Source of the DNA: the human T2T-CHM13v2.0 reference genome, Homo sapiens
NCBI RefSeq assembly: GCF_009914755.1
Contig: NC_060939.1
Strand: one strand, 5' to 3'
Length of the DNA: 64,000 nucleotides
The number at the start of each line of letters is the position of its first letter. Position 1 is the stretch's first letter. The notes beneath the pieces are model-generated. The model was not told where the DNA came from and did no database searches. It was given only the letters and a program-made list of their open reading frames with translations. Positions 1 to 15,300 of this stretch are shown here, one piece after another. The position numbers were made by a program, and so were the translations under genes.

Positions 1-3000
1 AACAAAAATCTTAACTGCCTTGTAAGTTAACTGCTAAGAATTTGTCAAAAGTGCAGAGATAACATCAATAACTTGTCATGGATAGTACAAAAAGGTCTCT
101 AAGGGCTTGATGGAAGTCTGTAAATTGACTTCATATGAGAGTGTAAGAAGTGAAAAAGACCAAAACAGAGTAGATGTTTTACTCTGTAGGCCAAGGGAAT
201 TGAGCTAATTCTTTTCCTGTTTTATAAATTTGTCCTGATCTTAAATAATGAAGGGAAAAGAGTGCTCTTTTTCAACCTCGAGTCCTTTTTATTCTTTTCT
301 GTGAAGCCATGATATGAAAGATTGCCTGTTATACAAACTTAAGTATAGTTTTTCCATCTTCAGTAAACTAACCTGATTGCCGTCTAATTAGTTGTTACAA
401 TCACACCGAAATGCAAAGCAGCTTGTTTTAAGCAGCCTTATTGGGAGCTAGTATATGGCTTTAGTCGTTTTGAAGTATTTAACATAACTTGGCAACTCCA
501 TTACTCCTTTTATGGACTTTTTGGCATCTGGGCATTCTTGGTAGGAAATCACTGTTTTAGAATGAAAAATCTCCCCCAGGAAGTAAATTAGCTAGTAAAC
601 AAATGAAACTTCATTTTTTATATTACTTGTAGAGCATAAATGATTACCCTTTCTGCGTATAAGTGGCTGTTTGCTAGGCTGCTTTTAGTGGGACTTTGTT
701 TTTGATTGGTTAATTAAATTTCTATTCATTATTGCCAAAAAGTGCCTACCCCCAACAGCAAGATACTAAATTTTAAAAATGTTGGAGCTGTGAATCTAGG
801 AGGAAGTGAGAAGTTTAGCTTTTATTTAGTAGTTAGGAGCTTAAGTAAGTCACTTCTTTTACTGTGTTTCTGTGTACTATAGATAATATTTTTTTGCACT
901 GCAAGAGAGCATATAGAGGAAAGCTCTTTGGCAATGATATTATGTTCTACAAATATAAAAGCGATGGTGTCATTTGTGGCTGAATAACACTTTATTTTGA
1001 AAATGCTTTATAACAGGTTTTTGTGGGAAATAAAGCAATGCTGTTAACTTCATCTTGCATTTTTCTAGTCTTTACTATGATTAAAAAGTAGTCCAGTCAA
1101 AGTTGTACAAAGGAAATAAACCTGGACTAAGGAGCCTAAGACTTTTCTCTTTGGTTTGCCCTCCTGGGACAGATTACCTTTCCAAATTGAATTCATGGAA
1201 GAGCATTTGGAAATATCAGAACTGTCATGTTAAGCACCTAAGTGGTACTTTCATTCCAGAAGAATCATTGTTTTCGTTTATCTGACCAATTTATAATATA
1301 GGGTCAAATTCCTGGTGGTTATTTATGCTCCCTCATCCCCATTTTTATACCTGTCCTTGAAAGGAACAGATATATGAAGAGAAGACTTAGGTTTCCCTTT
1401 TGTGAATAGTATATCCCTTAGTATCTTGATTTTTTTTTTTTAATTTGGTTAAACATATTTAGACCTGGAAAAGGGTAGTATTTGATAAATGTCAGCTAGT
1501 TGAGGGGTGGGGAATTGAGTTGAATGGAGATAGTCACTGCCAAATGTCAAGCATGACTGGAGAGCCAGAGTGATAAAGCAGGGGTCCCTTTTTCCAGATC
1601 CTTTGTAACAGTGTTATGTGATCTCTTCTAGAAGATTCTGAAAGATAATCCCAACTTGGAACCTAGGAAACCACCCAGTGGGTTTCTGCAGCTTAGGTGG
1701 TTCAGATCCTCATCAGCACCTTTTTCTGTGCCTCAGTTTGCTTACAATGATGTTCTCAGTAGCTGTAATTTGCTGCTTGTGTTTGAATACTTAAGCATTT
1801 TCTTTTTATCATGGGTATATGAACATTTTTATTTCAACAAGTGTTAGAATTTTTACTCTGCTTTTGTGGGCTCTAGGTTAGCTACTTGGTTGTTTATTTG
1901 TAAAATGATTAGCAGGGAACCATGTGTATGCATTTTAAGTATCTTTTGTTGTCAGAGCAGTTAGAATTTTATTAAGGTACTATATGCTAATTCTGTCAAT
2001 TTACTTCGTTCTCCACCCCACATTTATTGAACAGCAAACTATGAAAGTAATGTGTCCCATAACTGGCCTTCAGAAGAATTACAACTGCTGTTATCTCTGA
2101 ACCTTCCAGAAGTTTGTGCATCAGTTTTAAAAAAATGATGAAATCCCTGAAGATAGCTGTGTCCTACATTTGGAAAGATACAAAAACTGACCATTCTGGT
2201 CAACCAGTTTTGGTTGCTGGTGCTTGAGATAGAGCCACACAATGGTCTCAGTGGATTTATGGAGAAAAATAGATACAGAAAGTTACTTCTAAATAAGACA
2301 AAAAAATCTTTTTCTTGAGCAGTGACAGGTAAAGAGGTTGGTTTGGTTAATCTTGAGTTGTGTTTCCCTCCATTAAGACAGTTTTATGGTGGGGATGGTA
2401 GTGGTGATGAACTTGTTTGAAATTTGTCCACTTACAGTAATGTTTATGGTAGCTTCACAGACAACTTCATTCTCACAGGCCTTAGAATTACTATAAAACT
2501 AATAGAATGGATGAGGAACAAAGGACCTGAGTAATTAGATGCTTAGATAATTGTTCTGTGTTTTCATAACTGTGGTGAAAAAGAGTGGTGCTAGAAGCAC
2601 TTAAACATTCTATGTACGGGAAAACTGCCTGAATTTGTATTGGGATTTTTGAGCACCATTCACTGTTTAAAAACTGATATACCATAGGTCATATTTATTT
2701 TAAAGAGAAATAGTAGGCAAACTTATCTTTTCAAGATAGATATAAAGCTTAGTTAACCTTATCAAAATTACAAAACTTAAAGCATGTGAAAGATTGAAAA
2801 TATTAATACATAGGTTTAAATATTGGTCATTATTTTAGATGTCTTTCAAAGTAGATTCTCTCTTAAATGTTAAACTGAACAAACCTTGAACATGATGTAG
2901 AGTTTGTGCTGAAGGTTAAGTTTCCTGGCGTGGTGGATATTTTATAATATGGAAAACAAAACCTTCTTATTGTAAGACATTAAAAGAAATTTAGTCAAAA

Positions 3001-3902
3001 CTAGGAGATATGATTCTACCACTCAGAATATACCACTATCAGAATTTTGTATCTTTCCAGTTATCTGCTCATCTCTTTTCTCCGATGCTTATGTGTGTTC
3101 CCTCTCCCTTAAAAAATCAGATTTTTTTGTAATCTGCTTTTTCACTCAACAATATTGTAGATCCGTGTTATAACTTACTCCTTACGTGTAGGCAAGATGA
3201 ATTCTGACCACCCCAAGGTGGCCATCCTTGTCCCTGTGATTCCAGATCTCCCAGAACTAGAGGTCTAGCTTCAGGGAAAACCCAGATTTTCTTGGCTTAG
3301 CCCACCTGACAGCTAATCACTGGAAATGGGGTGGGCTGGTAGAGTCCTTTGGTCAGGTTTTGTGTCAAGAGAGGGAGGAGGAAAGATGGGAGGGAGGTAG
3401 CAAAACTGGTCTCAATGGAACTATGTAAGTTAATATAGAATGGCAAAGGGATGTTTCTTCCAAGGAAAGAATTCTAAGGAAGGAAGGAAAGTGGAGGGGA
3501 AGGCAGCAGTTCTCAAAGTTTTGGGGTCAGGACTCCTTTACACTCTTGAAAATATATTCAGCACTTAAGGGCTTTGGTTTATGTAAGTTACGTCTATTGG
3601 TATTTATCACTACAAGTTAAATCAGAAATATTTAAAACATTAACTCTTTAAAAACTCATCACATATTATTATAAATGTGCTTTTACGAAACAAAATTTTC
3701 TAAGCCAAAAAATAGAATAGTAGCACAGTCTTAAATTTTTTGCAAATTTCATTGATGTTTGCTCTGTCATTTGCTTTTGCATTTAATTTGTTGTATGCTA
3801 TTTGCTTGAAATAATGTAAACAAAATCCAACCTTATACAGATACCTGGTTGGAAAAATTGTGAATATTTTAATGGCCATTTTAGATAATCCTGGATATTC
3901 TT

Positions 3903-4072
3903 CTTTTTTTTTTTTTTGAGATGGGGGTTCACTGTGTTGCCCAGGCTGGAGTGCAGTGGTGTGATCACAGCTCACTGCACCCTCAGTCTCCTGGGACTCA
4001 GGTGTAGGCCATCTTACTGGCTAATTTTTTGTATTTTTTTGTAGAGACAGGGTTTTGCCATGTTGCCTAGGC
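3903..4072 (-). mobile_element. Alu fragment (deleted/truncated, J-like)
   Basis: Poly-T, gcccaggctggagtgcagtgg. Confidence 0.8.
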
Positions 4073-4647
4073 TTCTTTTTTGATGCTCTATCAAAACTTG
4101 GTCTTTCTTGAACTTTGGATCTTTTACCCTTGTATGATATTATAACATCATGCATTGGTCATTTAGAAAATAGTGGTTCACCGAGATCTTCTAAATGTTG
4201 ATACATTTGATTTTACAGTATCAAAATACATTCATCAATATTGCCATCAATGTTATCAGGATATTCTTGGAAAACGGTGGTGGATACAAGTTTTCAAAAA
4301 TTCTAATTTTTTGTTCAAAAACTTGCATTTTATTATTAGCAGTTTTATTATTGAAATTTATTATGGCCTGTCTGTTGTTTTCCTTGAAATGACAGAATCT
4401 CATTTTTTGAGGAAAATGACTGCCAAAAACCCAAGTTGAAATAACATCGTCAGTTATCCTTTCAAGTAAAAATGGTATTCCATTTAAGTGGTTAATTCAC
4501 TTCATGACTTAGTCACACAAGGGTTTTTTCTCAGGCAGTCTGTAGGAATGCTCATGTATACTTCCCGTTTCATCACTTGAAATATTAAAAAGACATATTC
4601 AAGGATTCAGATGTAGTAAAATTTTCACTGCTTCATCATAGACATTC

Positions 4648-4960
<313 letters not shown>

Positions 4961-5957
4961 TAAATGAAACTGACCTTTTGTTGCCCTTCCTTTTTAAGCC
5001 TTTCCTGTGCATAGTGAAGAATACCATGACTACTAGTAGTTTGGTGTTACCGCCTTTATTTGTGCTAAAGTGCCAGCGTTTTTACCCACCATTGTATCTG
5101 CACCCTTACAGCATATGTCAACATGTTAGTATTCTTGTAAAAATAGTTTGGACCTGGGGGTCTGAGGTCCCCACTTTGGGAACCATTGAAATAGGTACTT
5201 AGATCTACAGTGTATCATATCTTTTCATCTACAAGATTAAAAACATGATTTCAGTTAATTGTTTTTGTAATTTTCTTAATATGGTTTTGAGGGGTTTCAG
5301 TCCAGAGTGAAGACATGTATGTTTCTTGGCTTATGCTGAAGTTTACTAGACAAATACTAACCTAATAATGAGATCCTAAGTGTAGTTGCAGTTTCTTTAG
5401 CCTAAGGGAAAAGAAACCTAAAAACTAAAACAGTAAAAATGGTCCAGATGGTGTATTCCCAATGTGTGCTGAAGAATTTGAAGAAGAAAATGCAGTACTC
5501 AATAAGTGGTGTTAAGAACAGGATTAATTCTGGAGAGTTTCTCATTTAGCCTGTAAAGAGATTTGGGGCACAGTAAGAGTTAGAGGAATGAAAATAGTAA
5601 ATAACCCATTATTGACCAGGTATACTATTAATGATGTCCTCCATCAATACAACTTATTCTTAAAAGAACATTTGGTAAAATGCTTTAAAAATATTCAGTT
5701 TCTGTGGCTTCAGCTATAAATCAGATTATAGTTCTCAAAGCAGTGTTTCCTAAAATCGTTTCTGTGAAATTGTTTTCCATGACTTGAACCTAGTTGTTCT
5801 GAAGCTAATATACGATAATAATGGCTTTTCCCCAATTTATAATAGAAAATCATACAAAGTAACAGAGTAAATGTCTGTTAGTGGGTGAAAGCACATAATG
5901 CTTAGTTCATTAGCTTTTTAAAGAAATCACATGTAATTGTGTTTTAAAAAAGATATG

Positions 5958-6257
5958 GGCCTGGCTTAGTGGCTCACGCCTGTAATCCCAGCACTTTGGG
6001 AGGCTGAGGTGGGCTGATCACGAGATCAGGAGTTCAAGACCAGCCTGGCCAGCATGGTGAAACCCCGTCTCTAATAAAAATACAAAAAATTAGCTTGGCG
6101 TGGTGGCATGTGCTTGTTATCCCAGCTACTCGGGAGGCTGAGGCAGGAGAATCGCTTGAACCTAGGAGGCGGAGGTTGCAGTGAGCCGAGATTGTGCCAT
6201 GCACTCCGCCTGGGCCACAGAGCAAGACTCTGTCTCGAGGAAAAAAAGAAAAAAAAA
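5958..6257 (+). mobile_element. AluS followed by (TA)n(TATG)n microsatellite to ~6306
   Basis: Dimeric Alu consensus. Confidence 0.9.
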
Positions 6258-6374
6258 TTATATATATATATATATGTATGTATGTATGTATGTGTGTATA
6301 TATATGTAGTAATGGCATTTCTTGGTAGTACTTGGTTTGTGTGATAGATTAAAACATTAGAATTTTATGGTATT

Positions 6375-6922
6375 TGAATTACTTTTCTATTGCTCTGTAA
6401 CAAATTTATCAGCTTAAAGCAACAAACATTATCTCACCATTTCTGTGGGTCAGGATTTTGTGCAATTTACCTTGGGTTCACTGGCTTGGCCTCTCACCAG
6501 GCAGCGAAGTTGTTGGTGGCAGCTGTGATCATCCTAAGGCAGGATAGGGAGAGAATCAGTCTCCAAGCTCACTTATGTAGATGTTGGCAGGATTCATCTC
6601 ACAGGCTGTGGGACTGGGCCTCCGTTTCTGGATGGCTGTTGGTCTGAGGCCTTTTATAATACCTCGCCATGTAGGTCTCTCCATAGGGCACCTCATCACA
6701 TGGCAACTGGTTTCCATCAGAGGGAGCAATGGAAAGAGCAGGAGAAGGATGGGCAAGGCAGACATCATAGTCTCTTTGTAGCCTAATCTCAGAAGTGATG
6801 TTATTACTTTTGCTGTATTCTCTTTGTTAGAAGTGAGTCACTAGGTCCAGGGGCGGGAATTTTACAAGGGTGTGAATGCCAGGAGGTGATGGTGATCGGG
6901 GCCATTTTAGAGGCTGCCTACC
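6375..6922 (-). mobile_element. MaLR LTR (MLT1 family)
   Basis: ttgctctgtaacaaat...ttatctcaccatttctgtgggtcagga...ggccattttagaggctgcctacca signature. Confidence 0.7.
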
Positions 6923-7153
6923 AGTGTTGAAGAAAATCATTGACTTCTATGAGCTGTAGCAACAGACAGTGCTATGCAAGGAGAATGGTTGTCTCAAAAG
7001 TCCAGCTCCTCACAAGGTTTTTAATATGTTGCCTTTTCCCCCCATACATTTTGTTTAAATCCATGGTCATCTTGCCGTTTAGTGGTGTGGTTTAATTGCA
7101 TATTTGGGTTAGTCTGTATGTAAATGTTTAACATGTGTCTCTGTGTTAAACAG

Positions 7154-7255
7154 GAATCCTATCCATCTTCTTCACCGATATGGTTTGTGGATTCTGAAGA
7201 CCCAAATCTGACATCAGTTCTGGAACGTCTAGAAGATACTAAGAACAACAATTTG
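7154..7255 (+). CDS. UBE2Q2: UBE2Q2 coding exon 2 ([34 protein letters not shown]), phase 0-0
   Basis: aaacag| acceptor, |gtaaga donor, 102 nt; translation matches the recalled UBE2Q2 N-terminal RWD-like region. Confidence 0.96.
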
Positions 7256-7976
7256 GTAAGAAAATAAGCCAAGCTATTTTCTCTTTTCCTCATGAACATT
7301 ACATATAGAAATTAAATGTTAAGAGATAATATGATATAAAAGCATGATTAATGATTATAATCTTGTAGGAATTAAAGACTAGTTTGTTTGTTTTTTTTCC
7401 TTCAAATTCTATTTACTACCTGGTCTCTCTTTTATTTCCCACATGTATAACCTTAATTTAGATTACAAATTAGGGATCTCTTTTTCCCTGAATTCTAACC
7501 ATTAAGCCAAACAAGCATTTTGGGTAGAGACCACTAGCCAAGGTGGGAAGCAGAAAAAAGACCAAGGTAGGAGTGAAGGGAGAGATGGGGAGAATGACAC
7601 CAGAACTAGTATGAGGGAATTGCCTTTTCTTTCAAGGGTCTGTAAGTCTGCAGTAAAAGAATAGAAAGTTTTATTTTTGTTTTTAGTATATAAAGAAATA
7701 TAACTTTCCATGTTGAAAAAGTTTTTAATGCTTTTTTTCTTGATTATAAAACTCATGAGCAAGCATTATTGAGAAAATTAGTAAAATATAGACAGGAAAA
7801 AAAATTAAAATCTCCCATAATTTCTCTACCTAATATAACCACTGTTGACATGATGGTTATTTTCTACCAGTATATATTTTTCCTTTGCTAGTAAAATACA
7901 TATACCTTTATACATGTGTTTAAATAGTTGAGGTCATGGTCTATATAGTTTTACATCATTTTAAAAAACATTTACT

Positions 7977-8305
<329 letters not shown>

Positions 8306-8673
8306 TTATAGAAAAATAATCATCATTATTTTCAGCTGACATGATTGTTTACCTGAAAATATTCAGAGGAACCAACTGAAAAAAAGAGTTTTTAAGATTA
8401 CTGGTTGAAAGCTCTGTTACATAAAAGTCAATAGCTTTCCACAATTTTAGCTATAATCACATTGAAGGTATAGTGATAAAGTATTTTTTTAAGTATTTCA
8501 ACAAAAATTAAATACCTAAGAATCAACTTAGATGTGCACGACTTTTATCAAGAACATGACAATTTTGCTGAGTGGAAGGAAAGATTTGCATTCTGTGTTC
8601 CTGGATGAGCAGATTTCATGTTATAAATATGTCACTTATCGCCATGTCTTCATATTCGTAAATGTAATTTCTG

Positions 8674-8962
8674 CTGGGTGTGTAGTGGCTCATGCCTGTA
8701 ATTCCAGAACTTTGGGATGTTGAAGCAGGCAGGTTGCTTGAGCTCATGAGTTTAAGACCAGCCTAGGCAACATGGTGAAACCTGTCTCTACAAAAAATAC
8801 AAAAATTAGCAGGGTGTAGTGGCACACACTTGTAGTCCCAACTACTGAGGAGGCTGAGGTGGGAGGATTGCTTGAGCTTGGGAGGTGGAGATTGCAGTAA
8901 GCCTAGATTGTGCCTCTGAACTCTAGCCTAGGTGACGGAGTGAGACCCCGTCTCAAAAAAAA
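8674..8962 (+). mobile_element. AluJ
   Basis: Dimeric Alu. Confidence 0.88.
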
Positions 8963-8963
8963 A

Positions 8964-9014
8964 TGTATATATATATGTGTGTGTTTATACATGTATGTGT
9001 ATATGTGTATATAC

Positions 9015-9058
<44 letters not shown>
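8964..9058. repeat. Compound (TA)n/(TG)n microsatellite
   Basis: Direct reading. Confidence 0.9.
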
Positions 9059-9059
<1 letters not shown>

Positions 9060-9427
9060 ATGAATTTCAGTACAAATCCCAGCAGATTTATTTTTGGAAG
9101 TTGACAAAATGACTCTAACATTTGTTTAAAAGGGTAAATGATAAAAAAATAAAGAATAGACTTGTTCAACCAGATGTTCAATAAAATGTTGTATACTAAC
9201 TCTGTTCCAGACAGATAAAGGCAATGGAAATTTAGAACCAGAGTCATGCAAATGAGAATTTAGTATAAGGTAAAGGTGGTATTCTAACTTAATAAGGAAA
9301 GGCTAGATTATTCTGTAAACAGTCTTAGGAAAACTATTTGAGGAAGTTTGAGTCTCAACTCTGATTTTTGTCAAAATAAGTTATAGTTGTATAGTTGGTT
9401 TAAACACATCTATTCTTAAGAACAGAA

Positions 9428-9721
9428 GGCTGGGCATGATGGCTCACGCCTGTAATCCCAGAACTTTAGGAGGCCCAGGCAGGCGGATCAGTTGAGGTGG
9501 GGAGTTCAAGACCAGCCTGGCCAACATGGCGAAACCCCATCTCTACTAAAAATACAAAATTTAGCCGGGTGTGGTGGCATGTACCTGTGATCCCAGCTAC
9601 TTGGAGGCTGAGGCAGGAGAAGTGCTTCAACCTGGGAGGCAGGTTGCAGTGAGCCGAGATTGTGCCACCGTACTCTAGCCTGGGCGACAGAGCAAGACTC
9701 TGTCTCCAAAAAAAAAAAAAA
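9428..9721 (+). mobile_element. AluS (followed by Alu left monomer ~9745-9855)
   Basis: Dimeric Alu, A-tail. Confidence 0.9.
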
Positions 9722-9737
9722 GATATTTTAAGAGTTA

Positions 9738-9902
<165 letters not shown>

Positions 9903-12643
9903 TTAAGGTTTGTATGGAGAGCCATGAAGGTAAGAGGTAAAAATTAAAAGCTAGATGGACACATGTTTACATCCCCAGCAAGGGGGTTGATGGGAAAGAG
10001 TGGTAGACATAGTTCTGTTACTGCTACCTCCTTTTAGGAAGTTGCTTCTGAAGATCTAAAGATAACGGTTTTGTAATAGCAAAAATGAGTTATTTTTCAG
10101 TATCTAAAATATTACATAAACATGTTCATAAGGTTAAATGAAATAGGATATAAAATTGGGCCTAGTTTTTTAAAAGTGAATATATTTACATGAAGGAGAA
10201 AACAACTCACCTCCCACTCTTGCAGCCTCTGCCAGTTTATCAAAACCTAGTTTCTTGAGAGAATAAGCTACATGTCTTCACCTTTTTTCGCTGAAGTTAT
10301 TATAATCTGGATTCTGCCTTCATCATTGCACTAAAATTTATCTCCTAGTTGCCAAAACTAGCGGCTCCTCTCTTAGTCCCCAAATTGACCCCTCTGCAGT
10401 ATTTTGATACTGTTGATTGTTCCCTTGTTGAAACATTCCTGCATTCTTAATGTCCACCAATAAAGAGTTGGTTAAATAAAAATCATAGTGTATAGTTTTA
10501 TAATAGAATATTCTGTTGTAGGCAAAAAAAAAAAAAATGCAGCCATTTTTTCCATAAGAGCATGTGCAGATTTCTAAGATATATTAAATGAAAAAGCAAG
10601 GCATAAAATATTGTGTATAATTGGCCCCTTTAGTATATAATGTAAAAAAAATCTATATGCTTGTTTATACTTTTTTCTTTCCTGGTGGGTACAGGAAACT
10701 GTCAATAGTAGAACACAATTAAGAAAAATTGGCTTCTGTGTCAGGCTCTGTGATAATTGAGTATAAAAGACAAGGCATGTCCCTGTCCTCTGGGAACTGA
10801 TAATCTAATGGAACTTCCATCTGATTACTGTCTTGTTTTGATCTTATCACCCTGCCTTGGTCTCCTCTGATCTCTTCTCCCTTGGCCTACTTCTTCTCTT
10901 CTCATTCTGTGCTTTCTCTGAGTAATATTTTACTCCCATTACTTTAGTCATGATCTCTGTTCTAGGGATTCCTAAATCTGTATTCATCTCCAGAGTTTCA
11001 AACCCATATATCTGTCTGTAAATCATATATGTTAGGGAATCTCACTTACAGTGCCATGGATATTCAAAATGATGACGTTTAAATTTGCGTTTACCCACCT
11101 CCTAGCACTCTATCAGCCCCGTGTTTTTTCTCAGTAATTCTTGTGATTGTGAGTGGGACAAAATGAAATAATCAAACTAGTCACCCATACCCAAACCTGG
11201 GAACTGTCTTAGCGTTCTTTTATATACTACTGTTCTCTGACCCCCGCCCCCCGCAAACTAGTAATTTTCTAAGACCTGTCCTTCTGAATGTCTCTTACTA
11301 TTTTCCCTGTGATCTCAGTTTCTTCCTCCCATCCCTCAAATGCTTTTTTGGTGTGTGGGGGAAGGGAGGAAAATTGAAATTCGTGGAGAGTGTACTACCC
11401 TGTCTTTCTTGTTGCTTGGTATGACTCCACTACCCTGCTGCCTCTCTCCCCAGCACTCCTGGAGCCCCTTCCGTGCCAGAGGCCAGAGTGTCTAGGTCTG
11501 TGTCCGGATTGCTCTGCCTCATCTTCATTATGCACTTAGCACGCAATAGAGTGTATTGGGTGGATATCAAATCCACACTGGAGCTTGGTTTCCGTTTAAG
11601 CATGAAGATTTTTGTTGGATCGTAATTTACCGTTCAACCTTCCTCATTTTCATTTGCTCCGTTGTCCACTTTGGGAAAGCTTATTCTTTGCTTCGTTAAC
11701 CCATTCTAATCCTATGTCTTCTTTCTTTGTCCTTTGTAAACCTGCTTCTTTCTCTTCATCTCTTTTCTTGGTCAGAGCCACCTAGGAAACTGTTCCTGAC
11801 CGAGTTAAGTGAGTTGCCTTATTAGATCCCATTTGAGTCACGTTATACATTGAAAAACATTTTAAACAATGAACACCATACTTGTGCACATGATTTACCT
11901 TGCTTACTTGTTGAAAGCAAATATGCTTAGAAAACAATCTGGACTTAAACATGGAAATTTACAGTTATTCTTTGCAGTTTTCCTAGTGAATTATTGTTAT
12001 TTTTTATACAGACACTTAAGAGCCTACTAAATATCAAGTGTTACAGGTTTCATTTAATCTTTACCATTCTGGGAAAGTTTTCATTTCTTTGTTTTACAGA
12101 TGGGTAGACTCATACTCAGGGAATTAGATAGGATATCCAAGGTCATCTAGATTGCCAGGCTCTGTCTACTAGATATTTGCTTCTGTATTTTTAAATGAAT
12201 ATGACTGGAATATATAATTTTGTAATCCATCTGTAACAACACTGCCTGTGTGTGTCTGGGTTATTTTTTCTGTTATTTTTTGTTTTTATTTTTTTGGTAG
12301 CCTCATTAATGCATTAATGTTCTCTTGTCTGAAGTTGTAAGTTTCTCAGAAAACGGGTTAGCAGTGAGAAATTGGACAATGTCTGGAACTTCCTTCCTCT
12401 GCCCTTATTGTTGTCATTCTGCTAGGTATCAGTTGTAGTGATTATACCCCAAGCCATAGTAACTTTCTTACACTAGAGGGTCCTGAAAATATTTTAAAGA
12501 CTATTTTTTAAATCTGTAAGCTGCAGTTGAGCAGTAACAAACTTTTTCATTTCCTACTGGATTGATTACAGTAGTCATAACATTATTGATGTCTTCTAAG
12601 GGCTCTTTAACATAATGCTTATTTACTGAAATGTGTTTTGTAG

Positions 12644-12748
12644 CTTCGTCAGCAATTGAAGTGGTTGATATGTGAACTCTGCAGTTTATATAACCTTCCT
12701 AAGCACCTGGATGTTGAGATGCTAGATCAACCACTACCCACGGGTCAG
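12644..12748 (+). CDS. UBE2Q2: UBE2Q2 coding exon 3 ([35 protein letters not shown]), phase 0-0
   Basis: ttttgtag| ... |gtaaag, 105 nt, open frame. Confidence 0.96.
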
Positions 12749-13734
12749 GTAAAGTAAAAATTCTCTAGTGTTCAAGAGCTAAATAAATTGTCTCAAGCAA
12801 AAGTCAAACTAGGATGATTTTTCTTTTTATTGTTCAACTTATTTAGAAGTTAGTTTCATTTTTGTTCCTATTGAATTGTTTTGTTTGTTCTGTTTTAGGT
12901 ACTAAAAATAAACTTTTCATTCTTTGGAGCTGCTGGTATTTACTATACAGGCAAACAATTGCCCTTCTCTCTACCACCACCTTTTTGTTAATATTGCTGG
13001 TTTCCGTAAATGCTCTTGCTTCTTTCATAGTTTGTCTTTGGTTATTCAATTACCTTCACCTAGCAATGTCATCTCCTTAAGTCTGTCTGTGCTTTTTAAA
13101 GACTAAACCAAATGTTATCTCCTGCAAGCAACAGAAATTTCCACTAGCTCACCACCATCACTAATTTCATTCTGGATTTACCTATTTAGGCATCTAAATA
13201 TTTATTACCTATTTATTTTTTTTTTACTATAATACATGATAATTTAGCTCTTATACCACCCACTTACCACTCACCTCCCCTTCCTCAAATATTATCTTTA
13301 GTCATATAAGTAATCACTAATTATCATTAGGACTTTGTAGAGTAAAGCCAAGTTTTCTAGAATATTTAAGATAGGATATTTCCTTTCTTGGTGCAGCTTT
13401 TTGTTTTGCAGTGTCTTCCTCATAATAGTAATTTTTAATTTAAAAAATTCTGTTGTAGCCCTTTCTGTGAGGTTTCCCTTTCTTCTGAAGCCTTTGGTTC
13501 CTCTGTGCCCATCTTGGCAGGTTGTTCTTTGGGTTGGCTGTGCAGATGCCATCTTGAGGTTTTTCTCATCTGCTCTCCTACAGTAGATCCATTGTTTCTT
13601 GGATCCCATGCCATCTTTCTTGGCTGACCCTTTCTCATTTTGCCTGACTATATTCTCAGGTAAAACCCTAAGAAAGCATGGAGGAGTACATTTTCTGAGC
13701 TCTAGCTTCTGAAAAATACTGTCCAGTGTTTGGT

Positions 13735-13970
13735 TTTTGGAGCCAGACCGTGATAGGTTTGAATCTTTGTTCTGCTACTTACTGGCTGTATGCCCTTGGG
13801 CTGATTCCCTAATTGCTCTATGCATCAATTTTCCATTGGCAAAATGGGGGAACCAGTAATAATATTAGTACCTATGTTTTGGGGGAACTATGAGGATTAA
13901 ATGAGTTCGTACAAGTAAACCATTTAGAACAGTGCCTGGTGCATAGCACATCCCCATCAACGTTGACTTC
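13735..13970 (+). mobile_element. MIR SINE
   Basis: gagccagac...gaggattaaatgag...agaacagtgcctgg core. Confidence 0.65.
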
Positions 13971-14494
13971 TGTTATATTCTACCCTCCCTCACACTTGAT
14001 TGGTAGTTTGGTTGATTATATATTTCTAGGTTGAAGATAATTTTACCTTAGAATTTCAAAGTCTATGCTGTTGTCTTCTAACCAGTCGTGGTGGTGAAGC
14101 CTCATGGCATTCTGAGTTTCAGTCATTTATGTATGGCTTTCTCTCTGGAAGCTTTTAGGAGTTTGTCTTTTCCTTGGTGTGCTGAAACAGCACAACAGTA
14201 TACTTAGTGTGGGTCTTTTTTCACTCATTGTGCTCAGTACACCAAATGGATAGGCCTATGGATAGGCTCTTTCAAATTTGGAATCTTGAATCTTCTCATA
14301 ATTTTGTTAACTTTCTCCTTTCCATTTTATTTGTTCATTTTGAAGTGTCCGTTAATGGGATTTTAGACCTCTTGTCTTGAGTCTTGTATCTCATATTATT
14401 TCTAAATTATTTTTCTTTAATTTTAAAATCTGAAATATTTTTCTTTCAACTTTTGGAAATGTTATTTGGACAGTCATAGCTTTAAGTTTTATTT

Positions 14495-15005
14495 ATTGTT
14501 GCTTAACCAATTATCCCAAAACTTAATGGCATAAAACAACAAATTTGCCTATCTATCACTATTGTATGGCTTAACTGGGGCTAGTTGGACAGGTTTTCTG
14601 CTGGTCTCATTTGGCAGCTCTCACTATGTGGTTTAGACGGTGGCAGGGACTGGTCATCTGGATGCTCAGCTGCAGTGGAATGTCTGAGACGACTTCTTCA
14701 CCCACAGGTCTGCTGCCTTGGTGTTTCTTCATCTGGCCTTTCTCTCTGCATAGCGTCTCATCCTCTCGGGCCTCTTCATGTGGCTTCTCTTTCTCCAAGA
14801 GGATAGTCAGTTCCTATTTTTGGCTTCCAGAAGCACAGAAGTGGAGCTGCCAGGTGTTCTTAAGGCTTAGATCTGGAACAGGTCCAATATAATTTCTACC
14901 AAATTCTGTAGGTTAAAGTGAGTCTCAGGGCCAACCCAGACTCACTGTGGGATGGGCCCATCCAAGGACGTGATGACAGGAGGTGTGGTTCATTGAGGAC
15001 CAACT
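14495..15005 (-). mobile_element. MaLR LTR (MLT1 family)
   Basis: ttatcccaaaacttaatggcataaaacaac signature. Confidence 0.6.
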
Positions 15006-15300
15006 CCCAAGATGAGCCCTGAGTTCTAAGAACCTTTTCTTCGCTGGTTATTTTTTATTCATATTCTATTTTTGTTCCATGGTTGTATTCATAAGTGTCT
15101 TTAAGGAGCTATTTTGATACTCTTTGGCCCTCTCCCTAGCATCTCTTTTTTCTTTAATAAATTTTTTTCTTAGTTTATTTTGGTCTTTTTTTTTTTTTAA
15201 ACCTTTCCTCAGGTATCTATTCTATGTTGCTCATCATTTGTAGTCTTTTAATTCCCTTTTTTGTTCATATTTGAGAGAGGTACTAAAAGACTGATTGGGA

